Shown here piece by piece: positions 51,801 through 62,215 of a stretch of 64,000 nucleotides of DNA. The stretch is taken from the NCBI RefSeq assembly GCF_011386835.1, contig NC_088796.1, positions 130,138,001 to 130,202,000 of the forward strand, in the 5' to 3' direction. A program made the position numbers and the translations under genes. This DNA is from Chrysemys picta bellii. Lineage: Eukaryota. Each line of letters starts with the position of its first letter. The first letter of the stretch is position 1. Under the pieces are notes generated by a model. The model saw only the letters and a list, made by a program, of their open reading frames with translations, was not told the DNA's origin and searched no databases.

Positions 51801-52460
51801 AGCAATGTTGTCACTAAACTACGTTGTCAGGGCATTTACTCAGTTTAGCACCAATCCACAAGGCACTCAAATATGCTCACAGTCCCCTTGGCTTCACTGG
51901 AGTTTAACATTATGCCCGTGTTTATCGTCTCTGCTGGACCATGAGCTTTGTGCAGGGAAGTTCAGAGGTAATGGATACACACTAATTTTTGCATCCACAG
52001 CCGTTGCACCCTTATTTATTTATACAAGAGTTTCCATAGCCCTGTTAATGTAGCAGCTGGGTGCCACACATCATTAAAACCACAATCTATATGCCTGATG
52101 GGCAGCTGTCTCCTTCCCTTACTCAGGCAAAACTCCCACTGAAGTGACTGATAGGAGGGAGAGTTTTGTCTGACTAAGGTCTGCAGCATCAGGCGCCACA
52201 ATACATCCCAAACCACCAGTGTAAATTATTGTTTTCACAGGGGCTCAGGTAAAAAAAATCAATGTAGCTTTAAACACTTGCTTGGGGGAAGACTAAGAGT
52301 AGGGTTTGCTCAATTTTAGCTTAGCTGATCCTGCCCAAGGGTAAACAACAGCAACAAGATGTTTGTGGAGTACTACGCAGACTGTCTGTGCTGGGAAGTA
52401 TAACCTTGTCACTGCCAGCGTGGGGTTTAAAGGGAACTGGAGAGTCCAAGTAGCCCATTC

Positions 52461-52963
52461 TGTGGCACCAGAGGGGAGACAGGTAATGAAGGATTGGACG
52501 CAGCCAGGGAGGATCAGACTGGTTGGTTCCTAAAGGAAGGAGTGCAGGGTGATACAAGGGAGATAGAGAGTTGTAGGCTTTTCCCTCTAAACGGCTCTGA
52601 AGGGAGACCGCAGTAAGAGGAAAGACTTTCCTATGGCAGGTCCAGGAGAAGGCCAAGCCCTAAGGCCTGGGGGGAGATTGGGAAAAGGATCCAATCTGAG
52701 GATGGGACTTCAGGGCGAAACCTCATGGCTACCCGGCTCTAGGAAGAGCCAGATGTCTAGGGAGAAAGCTGCGAGAGGCAGTGCTCTGTAAGGAAGCCGG
52801 AAAGAACTGAGCCCACTTTTATATGTTGGGGTTTATTTTGGACTTTAGTGTACACCAGAAGGGGGGAAACTACAGCGTGACCTAGCTGGAGGGCCACTGC
52901 GCAGACCACTGGCGTCCAGAGGAGAGATGGGGAGGAGTTGCTGCAACAGCAGGTCTTGCCACA
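52461..52963. mobile_element. Possible solo LTR (about 500 bp)
   Basis: Bounded by perfect 7-bp inverted termini TGTGGCA / TGCCACA (TG...CA), purine-rich and distinct from the flanks. No TSD seen. Confidence 0.45.
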
Positions 52964-53277
52964 AGGGGGTGTCTCTGAAATGGTGGGAGTCTGAACGCTG
53001 CCCTTGGAGAGAGCATCACAAACACCTTTGAAGTGACTCAGATCAGAATGGCTGTGACCAGAGGGATAGATGTGGACGTTTAATGTAATGACTTTGAACC
53101 CTATGTCAAAAGAATAGTAAGGTTGCAAAGTCAACGACTCAAGTTAGGAAGTGCCAGAATTAAGGTTGCCTGTATAAACTTGTGCGCGTGCATTATGATA
53201 AAGTCTTTAATTACATGATCACATACTAATTATTCCCCCTCTCCCCCAGGATTGCTTCCTGGAATTGAAATTCCAAG

Positions 53278-53457
53278 GGGGAGGGATAGCTCAGTGGTTT
53301 GAGCATTGGCCTGCTAAACCCAGGGTTGTGAGTTCAATCCTTGAGGGGGCCATTTAGGGAACTGGGGTAAAAATCTGTCTGGGGATTGGTCCTGCTTTGA
53401 GCAGGGGGTTGGACTAGATGACCTCCTGAGGTCCCTTCCAACCCTGATATTCTATGA
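53278..53457 (+). mobile_element. Turtle tRNA-derived Pol III SINE, full length, young
   Basis: A box TAGCTCAGTGG and B box GTTCAATCC. The last 77 nt (53381-53457) are identical to the CR1 3' end at 55059-55135. Confidence 0.95.
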
Positions 53458-54377
53458 AATGAGAAACTACAGGGAAAATCCTGCTCACTCCCTGCTGAAA
53501 CATGTTCAGTACTGTTGGGGTGTAGGTGGAACATCTGACTGTACATGGAATATTTGGAGACTAGCTGCCAGATTCTACTAAGCCATACTGTGCATGTGCA
53601 AATGGCATTTTTCAGAGGTGTTTAATTCTGCCAGACTTGGGTAGACTTTCATAGAGGTGGCAAGGAGCAACCTTTTGGAACCATGGTGATCCATCCCGCC
53701 TGTCAAATTTCAGTTCCTTGCTCTGAAGCATAGAGGCATTAGAGCTTCTCAGCAAAACGGTTGCCAGAATTTAACAGAGCCAAAATAATATCCTTGTCCT
53801 TCAGCTTGGAAACAGCTGAACCATTTTTGCCAAAACTTTCCAAAATCATCCTGAGGTAGGTGTCTGACATGGATTCTAGCTGCCTGCCTGCCTAACAGTC
53901 TGGCAGAGTTCTGGACAGATGAGACAAAGGCCTGGTAATGGAATGTACTAGGTAAAGGGAAATATTTTATTTTTACTGAAATTTCTTTTGTCCAAAAGTG
54001 CAGATTTGGGTTAGCCAAAACACTTCGTTAATTCATGTCGAATTTGCTGAATTGTTTTGGTCAAATTCTCCTTCCCCTCCCCCCCAAAATACCACTAAAT
54101 TCTGATAGAGTCAAAAGTTTTTTGTTTTGAAAATGTCAAAACAAAATTTTTTTAATTTTCAGTTCAAAATAACTGGTTCAAAAATTTGTTCAATTTTAAT
54201 TTTAAAAGTAAAAGTTTGACATCAAAATATTTCAAGTCAAAGGAAATGTTTAGTTCAACCCAAAACAAAATTTTTCTGACTTTTTTAAATTTACAAAAAA
54301 CAAAAAAACCCAATATTAGTCCAGCTCTAGTGTTATGCAACCTTAACTACAAGAATCTGTGCTAACTTTGCCTATAG

Positions 54378-55148
54378 GGACAAGATCCTGCACTTAGGAT
54401 GGAAGAATCCCATGAACTGCTACAGACTAGGGACTGAATGGCTGAGCAGCAGTTCTGCAGAAAAGGACCTAGGGGTTACAGTGGACGAGAAGCTGGATAT
54501 GAGTCAACAGTGTGCCCTTGTTGCCAAGAAGGCAAACGGCATTTTGGACTGTATAAGTAGGGGCATTGCCAGCAGATCGAGGGACGTGATCATTCCCCTC
54601 TATTTGACTTTTGTGAGGCCTCACCTGGAGTACTGTGTCCAGTTTTGGGCTCCACACTACAAGAAGGATGTGGAAAAATTGGAAAGAGGCCCGCGGAGGG
54701 CAACAAAAATGATTAGGGGGCTGGAGCACATGACTTAAGAGGAGAGGCTGAGGGAACTGGGATTGTTTAGTCTGCAGAAGAGAAGAATGAGGGGGGATTT
54801 GATAGCTACTTTCAACTACCTGAAAGGGGGTTCCAAAGAGGATGGATCTAGACTGTTCTCAGTGGTGGCAGATGACAGAACAAGGAGTAATGGTCTCAAG
54901 TTGCAGTGGGGGAGGTTTAGGTTGGATATTAAGAAAAACGTTTTCACTAGGAGGGTGGTGAAGCACTGGAATGGGTTACCTAGGAAGGTGGTGGAATCTC
55001 CTTCTTTAGAGGTTTTTAAGGTCAGGCTTGACAAAGCCCTGGCTGGGATGATTTAGTTGGGGATTGGTCCTGCTTTGAGCAGGGGGTTGGACTAGATGAC
55101 CTCCTGAGGTCCCTTCCAACCCTGATATTCTATGATTCTATTATTCTA
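54378..55148 (+). mobile_element. CR1 LINE, 5'-truncated, ORF2 broken by a premature TAA (54736-38)
   Basis: ORFs 54412-54738 and 54763-55056 translate to CR1 ORF2 C-terminal peptides ([14 protein letters not shown]; [11 protein letters not shown]). Tail ttctatgattctattattcta. Confidence 0.97.
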
Positions 55149-58100
55149 AGCCTTCATATTACTCTGTGGCACTTATTTTCATCATGTTTTTTTTTTTTTT
55201 AATAACTAGGAGTTAGGAATTTCCTAATTGCTGGGCCTGCTGGTGTCCTGGGATGGAATTCCATTTCAATGTGTTTGTCTTGTCTGCACTAGCACACACT
55301 GTCTTCAAAAGCAATTCAGCCCTTCTCAGCAATGGTTCTATTTCCTAGCACATGACGGGGCTTTAGATACCAGCCAGGAAAGACTGAGTGCTGATAGCGG
55401 AGACTGATACAGTGCAAGTAGCCATGGGGACTTGAAGGGACTCAGAACAGACAGAGATGACTTTTCCGATGCTTCTCAAGTGCAGGGGTGTTGGAACAAT
55501 TTTCATAGTGGAGGCGCTGAGAGCCACTGAACCAAAGTGTAAACCCTGTATATCATGGAAACCACTTCAAGCCAAGGGGTGCTGCAGAACCCTTAGTTCC
55601 AGCACCTATGCTCAAGTGATCCATTCATTTCTGCAGACACTAAGGTTTCTTTTTTGTAATTACGGTAAGAATCTAACTCTTGACACTGTGGAGATACCTT
55701 TCCAACCATTAACTAATGTAGTATCACCTTAGACCTCAAACACATTCCAGCTAGTAAGTCAGGACACCCTAACTACAGCAGTGTTCTCCGCTGACCCCAT
55801 TACAACTGGTTTACAGCTTTAGTATAGACCAGACCTAACTGGTCACCATAGTCAGCCTAAAGCCTTGGACTGTGCAGGGTTTTAATATGATCACAAGGAC
55901 ATGGCTAGGTCCCATCTACATTAGTGCATTGGTTGTACTTGTTGAGTAGAGGTGGCCTTATTGAATCTGAAACTACATGGGGAGGAGTCAACAGCATCCA
56001 GTTCTTACAGTGGGTGTTGACTCTGAAACCCAGTGATGTATGTTTAAGGCCCTGATCCTGCACAGAGTTGTGCATGGTTGGAAACCCCTACAGAGCCACA
56101 CTGACTCCAATGGGAAATTAACTATGTTGAGCTAACTGAAGAATCGGCCGAAATGTCAACGTTGTTTGATTACTTTAAGACATGCAGTGAACAGGGTTTT
56201 CTGGTGCTGTTGGATCTCATTCGTGATGAGAGAGCTGTCAAGGTACCTAATTCATCCTCCTGGCATCACAAGATTGTTCCCTACAGTACATCTCAGTGCT
56301 TTGTCCAATCCAGTTTTGAACCTCCCAAGTGATAAGGGAAGTCACAGAAGCCCTGAGCTACTATTCTCTAGACTAATACATTGTCAGGCAGCTGCCTGGT
56401 ATTTTTCCACTCTGAGTTTTCCTTTAAAAAGGAAATTCCTCCTCTTATTCCTGGTTGTACTCCAAGTCTAAACAAATCACCAAGGGGAGTGGAATAGCAG
56501 CTACTACTGGAGAGCTGCACCCAGTAGGCTTTCTCCAGAACCAGTTCCTGATTCCACCTTGCTGGCAGTGTTAAGTCATAAGCCCCCAAACTAAATCTAA
56601 ACACACACGAGACTCGCTCCCAGCACTCGTGTATTACAGCACCACTTCTGGCAGCAGGGTGCCCTGAAGAGAGCAAAGACTTCCCAGAACACCCGCTGGG
56701 GTTGGGGATGAGTGATGGTGCAGTCCCTCTTTGCCAGCAGTACTGCTAACCCCCTGTGCTGTTGATACCATTGTTTCAGCACCTGCTCCATTGTTCTACA
56801 GCCATGCGTGGGACCCTGAATGGTCCCGCTGGGTAAGCCCAATGCACTGCAGTGTCACCTTTAACACTGAACGTCAAGATTTTGTTTCCAGTTTGTTACA
56901 ATCAACTTTATATTTTGTAAATTTCCTGTGCAGGAAATCCCTGAAATCATTAACTGTCCCCTATCCCCCACTCCCATCTCAAAAGGGTCAGATTGTCAAT
57001 ATTTGTTTCCCAGTGTCTGTGGTCCAGGCGCCTGACCTGATCCCCATGCCAGATGAGCCAGGGCCTATGAGAGCTGCGATCAATGTTAGCAGATAAGAAG
57101 CTTGTCTTTGACTGGCTTAGCCCAAAATCAGGCGAGAATGCACCACTGTCCCCTCAATAGCTTTTCTGGGACATGACCTGGCCCCTGTTTTTGTCCTGGC
57201 TTATGCAGCACCCCCTCTGGTTACCTACGTTAACATGCCAAAGGTTATTGTGCTCCAAGAAGTGGCAGGTAGTTAGCCTTCCAGATCTAGGCGATCTGTC
57301 CCCTTTATGCATTAATTAGATTAAACCTAAAACATTTCAGATAGTCCACTGAAACGTTCTCCATCACCTCACTTCTACGGAAACCCAGGAGTCAGTGTGT
57401 CCAAGTATTTATCTTGTACCCTGGTTTCTTCTGCTGTTCAGCTCCACTTTTGTTTGTGCGCATGCTATCTAAGGATATAGCAAGTTAAAGGTTGATCCTT
57501 CAACTGAATGGCTCCTGAGTCAAACCTGGCCTCTTGCAGGATCAGACCCTAAAGAGGTCCAAAAAAGTTACTTTTCCGTGTGCTAAACCACATGCTGATA
57601 CTGCCTCTGCCTTCTCTAAACAGACACACTGACAACCTGACTGAGTGCCCCTCACCTTTTTTCTTTTTTTAAACTAGAAAGGGAGTTTATGGAGATTCTC
57701 CCATACATTCCAATCTAGCAATATACACTGAGCTGACAGCTTGATTTCTGCTGTGCATCATACAAACACTGAAGGACTGCATCTTGCTGGCAATGGACAC
57801 AGTGTTTTGGGGAGAAGGGGCAGCCACACAAACATACCTGCCGAACCTCACGCATTTGGCCTCAGACTCCGTTTTTTGTAGGATTTCTCAGGCCCCAGAA
57901 GCAGCTTCCAAAATCCTGTTAAAGGGATATAGAGTGGGGAGGGGACAGACACATGGAGTTTTAGGAAGGCTGCAAAGACAAGTCTTGAGACCCAACGTCG
58001 CGCAATGACATTTACATAGAAAGACTATTTTATTTTCTTGAGGGAAAAAAATGCATTTCTTTCATGTCACTTTGTTGGGTCAGATAATATAGAGGAGCTT

Positions 58101-58934
58101 CAGGGATCGGAGTGTGACCTGCCAAGATGAAAAATCAGTCTCTTAAATTTGCCACTATTAGGCAGATGTCCTCAAAAGCATGATGAGCTAACTGTGTATA
58201 CAGAAGCAGCTGTTACTGCAGTGATCTCACAGCGCCCTCTGCTGGGCTTTCCACAAAGAGATTTGGAGGCAAAGAACAGCACTAACAACTTCTGGTGAGT
58301 AGGACTGAGATGAGATAGTGAAACAATTGGAGAACAAAAGCAGTATTGTAGCACAGGAGAGAACCAAAGGGACATGCTCATAAATTCCGACTACTCCTTT
58401 ATCGCAGTGATGGGCATAGTCTGAATACTGGGGTAAACATGATAACCAACCATTACAATTGTCTGTTGTACATTTGCAAAATTAGCTAAAGTCTCCACAA
58501 GTTTGTTCATTTGCCCTGTGCAAGGGGATTCCTTTATGCCAAGGACCAAAAATGTGTATTCCCCTGATAAGAGGAACCCCTCGTTCACAATTGCTGGGTT
58601 TGTGTGGCTATAATGAAGGCACTGGTATCCAGTACCCAGAGCGCTGGTGTTCTCTATGTTGTCTACTCAGTCTATAGAATGATGCAATTAACAAATGCCT
58701 TCTTGTTTGGTTGACTTTGCAACAGGTGAACCTTTATTTTTATGGAAGTCTAAGGGGACCCCCAAAACATTCAATAAAACTGGAGTTTTGCAGGTTCCGC
58801 AGAGATACACCGTTGCCTGCAATTAGACAGAGACACATTTTGGATAAGAGTATTTGTATTTCATGATTGTGAGCCAAGAAGGGGGGCAGTGTGTAAACTG
58901 AGCTGCCCAGGAGCAGACCTGACAAAGTTGTGAC

Positions 58935-59830
58935 ACAAGTTTGCAGATGACACTAAACTAGGAGGCGTGGTAGATACACTAGAGGGTAGGGATCGGATAC
59001 AGAGGGACCTAGACAAATTAGAGGATTGGGACGAAAAAAACCTGATGAGGTTCAACAAGGACAAGTGCAGAGTCCTGCACTTAGGACGGAAGAATCCCAT
59101 GCACTGCTACAGACTAGGGACCGAATGGCTAGGTAGCAGTTCTGCAGAAAAGGACCTAGGGGTCACAGTGGACGAGAAGCTGGATATGAGTCAACAGTGT
59201 GCTCTTGTTGCCAAGAAGGCTAACGGCATTTTGGGCTGTATAAGTAGGGGCATTGCCAGCAGATCGAGGAATGTGATCGTTCCCCTTTATTCGACATTGG
59301 TGAGGCCTCATCTGGAATACTGTGTCCAGTTTTGGGCCCCACACTACAAGAAGGATGTGGAGAAATTGGAAAGAGTCCAGCGGAGGGCAACAAAAATGAT
59401 TAGGGGTCTGGAGCACATGACTTATGAGGAGAGGCTGAGGGAACTGGGATTGTTTAGTCTCCAGAAGAGAAGAATGAGGGGGGATTTGATAGCAGCCTTC
59501 AACTACCTGAAGGGGGGTTCCAAAGAGGATGGAGCTCGGCTGTTCTCAGTGGTGGCAGATGATAGAACACGGAGCAATGGTCTCAAGTTGCAGTGGGGGA
59601 GGTCCAGGTTGGATATCAGGAAAAACTATTTCACTAGGAGGGTGGTGAAACACTGGAATGCGTTACCTAGGGAGGTGGTGGAATCTCCTTCCTTGGAGGT
59701 TTTTAAGGCCCGGCTTGACAAAGCCCTGGCTGGGATGATTTAGCTGGGAATTGGTCCTGCTTTGAGCAGGGGGTTGGACTAGATGACCTCTTGAGGTCCC
59801 TTCCAACTCTGATATTCTATGATTCTATGA
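58935..59830 (+). mobile_element. CR1 LINE, 5'-truncated, ORF2 C-terminus uninterrupted
   Basis: Frame open from KFADDTKL (58937) to TAG at 59743. The 3' UTR ends in (attctatg)n. Same subfamily as 54378-55148. Confidence 0.97.
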
Positions 59831-60010
59831 ATTCACAATTCCTCCTTTGCTGCCCTCTTACTCAGGGGAGCAAGTGACTTCACCTTTTCTATGGATCAGT
59901 TTGTTCTTCCATGTGCCCCAATTGGCTACTCTGGGTAGAGGCTAGGGGAGCCAGGGTTCCTCATTCTCTTCCCACCCTTTGGCAGAGGTAAAAACCATGT
60001 TGCTTTCTCA

Positions 60011-60303
60011 GGGCAGGTCTACACTACCCGCCAGAATCGGCGGGTAGAAATCGATCTCTCGGGGATCGAATTATCGCGTCTCGTCGGGACGCGACAATCG
60101 ATCCCTGAATCGACGCTTCTACTCCACCAGCGGAGGTAGGAGTAAGCGACGTCGACGGGGGAGCCGCGGAGGTCGATTTTGCCGCCGTCCTCACAGCGGG
60201 GTAAGTCGGCTCCGATACGTTGAATTCAGCTACGCTATTCGCGTAGCTGAATTTGCGTATCTTAAATCGACCCCCCCTCCTCCCTCGTAGTGAGGACATA
60301 GCC
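60011..60303. mobile_element. Young, CpG-rich PIF/Harbinger-like MITE with internal hairpins
   Basis: TIRs GGGCAGGTCTACACTAC / GTAGTGAGGACATAGCC and 3-bp TSD TCA/TCA (60008-10, 60304-06). Confidence 0.88.
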
Positions 60304-60919
60304 TCAGATATTCAGTACAACTTGGGACAGTGACTCCAGGAAGAGTCAATGGTTCCCATTTCAGACAATAGCTCAAGCCCTGAAGTCCACCCCAGTGGCA
60401 GGGTTATCCACAGCTTTGGCGTCGCTAAGTTACTGGAGCTTACTCAGTCAGTTTTCATCTCATCTCCAACCTCTTACAGACAAACGCCCTGTGGCTCTGG
60501 TTGGCCAAGTTTGAGGCTGCATTTCCCTGTGCATTTCGCTGTGCTAGGCGGAAGGGACACCCCGTGAGCTCTGTCAGGTATGGGGTTACAACAGCTCCCC
60601 AAATCGCCCGCCCCCTGTGCACTCAGCTGGCCAGCAGGTCTAATGGTTGGTGCTGCAAGCAAGGAACGTCTGTGCTTCGTTAGCAGCAAGGCAGCTAGTT
60701 CCTTGAGTTATGAGGTCTATAAACACACAGGCAAGGGCAGCACTGCAAGAGAGGGGGGGCTATTGCAAAATCGGTCACGTCTCTTTTGGGCAGAGTTGTA
60801 ATCTTCTACTGCGGACTTCCTTGGGGAGATCCACCCTTTGGCTCAATCATCATCTGGTGTAAATCAGGGTAGCTCCATTAATGGAGTCTTGTCAATTTAC
60901 ACCAGCCAAGCATCTGGCC

Positions 60920-61341
60920 CATAGGCGCCAACTTTTCCCGGCGCCGGTGGGTACTCGCGCCCCACCGCCTCTGGCCCCGCCCTGACTCCACCCTTTCCCC
61001 GCCCCTGCCCTGCCCCCATTCCAACCCCTTCCCCAAAGTCCCTGCCCCAACTCTGCCCCCTCCCTGCACCTATTGGACCCCTTCCCAAATCCCCGCCCCG
61101 GCCCCACCTCTTCCCTGAGCGCGCCGCCTCCCTCCCAGCGCTTGCCGTGCGAATCAGCTGTTTCGCAGCGCAAGTGTTGGGAGGTAGGGGGAAAAAGTGG
61201 GCACGCGGTGCGCTTGGGGGAGGAGGCGGAGCAGAGGCAGAGGTGAGCTGGGGTGGGGAGCAGCTGGTGGGTGCAGAGCACCCACCAATTTTTCCCCATG
61301 GGTGCTCCAGCCCCGGAGTACCCCCGGAGTCAGCGCCTATG
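60920..61341. mobile_element. Young GC-rich hAT non-autonomous element
   Basis: TIRs CATAGGCGCCAACT / AGTCAGCGCCTATG and perfect 8-bp TSD ATCTGGCC (60912-19, 61342-49). Confidence 0.93.
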
Positions 61342-61364
61342 ATCTGGCCCTTTTTGTCTTTCAG

Positions 61365-62215
61365 CAGGGGTGAAAGTAACTTAAAGGACTTACCGATACT
61401 CCGGAGTCCTTAGGAGGGGCGGGGCCTCAACCGGAAGAGGCGGGGCCTCTACCAGATGAGGTGAGGCCTTTAAACCCGGGCGCTTTAAATCAGGATTTAA
61501 AGGGCCCGGGGCTGGGGCTGTGGTAGCAGCAGCTGGGAGCCCCGGGCCCTTTAAATCACCCCCAGAGCTACCAGCTGCAGAGGCTGGGAGCCCCAGGCCC
61601 TTTAAATCACCGTCGGAGGGGGCCCCAGCCTCTGGTGGAGCTTTAAAGGGCCCGGGGCTCCGCTGCAGTAGCGGCAGCCGGGAGCCCCTGGCCCTTTAAA
61701 TCACCGCCCGAGCCCCGCAGCTGCTACCCCAGGGCTCCAGAGGCGGGGCTCAGGTAGTGATTTAAAGGGCTCCGGAGGGTAGTGGCAGTGGGAGCCCCGG
61801 GCCCTTTAAATCGCCACCCAAGCCACGCTGCCGGAGCCCTGAGGAGGTGGTGGCGGGGCTCCGGCGTCTATTTTAAGGGCTGGGGTGGTAGCGGCTGCCG
61901 CAGCCCCAGATCCTTTAAATAGCCGCTGGATCCCGGCCGCTGCTACCCCAGGGTTCCGGGGATGATTTAAAGGGCCCGGGGCAGTAGCTGCGGCAGGCGC
62001 CCCGGGCCCTTTAAATTGCTGCCTGAGCCCTGCCGCTTCCCCAGGGCTCCGGCAGCATGGCTCTGCCAGCAGTTTAAAGGGCTCGGGGCTCCAGCCGCTG
62101 CTGGGAGCCCCAGGCCCTTTAAATTGCCGCCAGAGGAAGCCGATCCGCCTCGGTACGGCGCACCAGCTCTCGCCAGTACTCCATACCGGGGCATACCGGC
62201 TTACTTTCCCCTCTG
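61365..62215. mobile_element. Young hAT non-autonomous element with internal array of palindromic units
   Basis: TIRs CAGGGGTGAAAGTAA / TTACTTTCCCCTCTG and perfect 8-bp TSD TCTTTCAG (61357-64, 62216-23). At least 13 GGGCCCTTTAAAT-like motifs inside. Confidence 0.93.

Noticed and set aside
53278-53360. tRNA gene (A and B boxes present; also at 36428)
   Set aside because: No complete cloverleaf; the sequence runs into a CR1-derived tail and occurs in three diverged copies. It is a SINE head.
61351-61364. Splice-acceptor-like tttttgtctttcag at the hAT target site
   Set aside because: It is the duplicated target site. The downstream frames give no SLC44A1-like peptide and stop quickly.
61490-62130. 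CRISPR-like array of regularly spaced repeats
   Set aside because: Vertebrate context, repeats alternate in orientation, spacers are related to each other, and the array is enclosed by hAT TIRs and a TSD.
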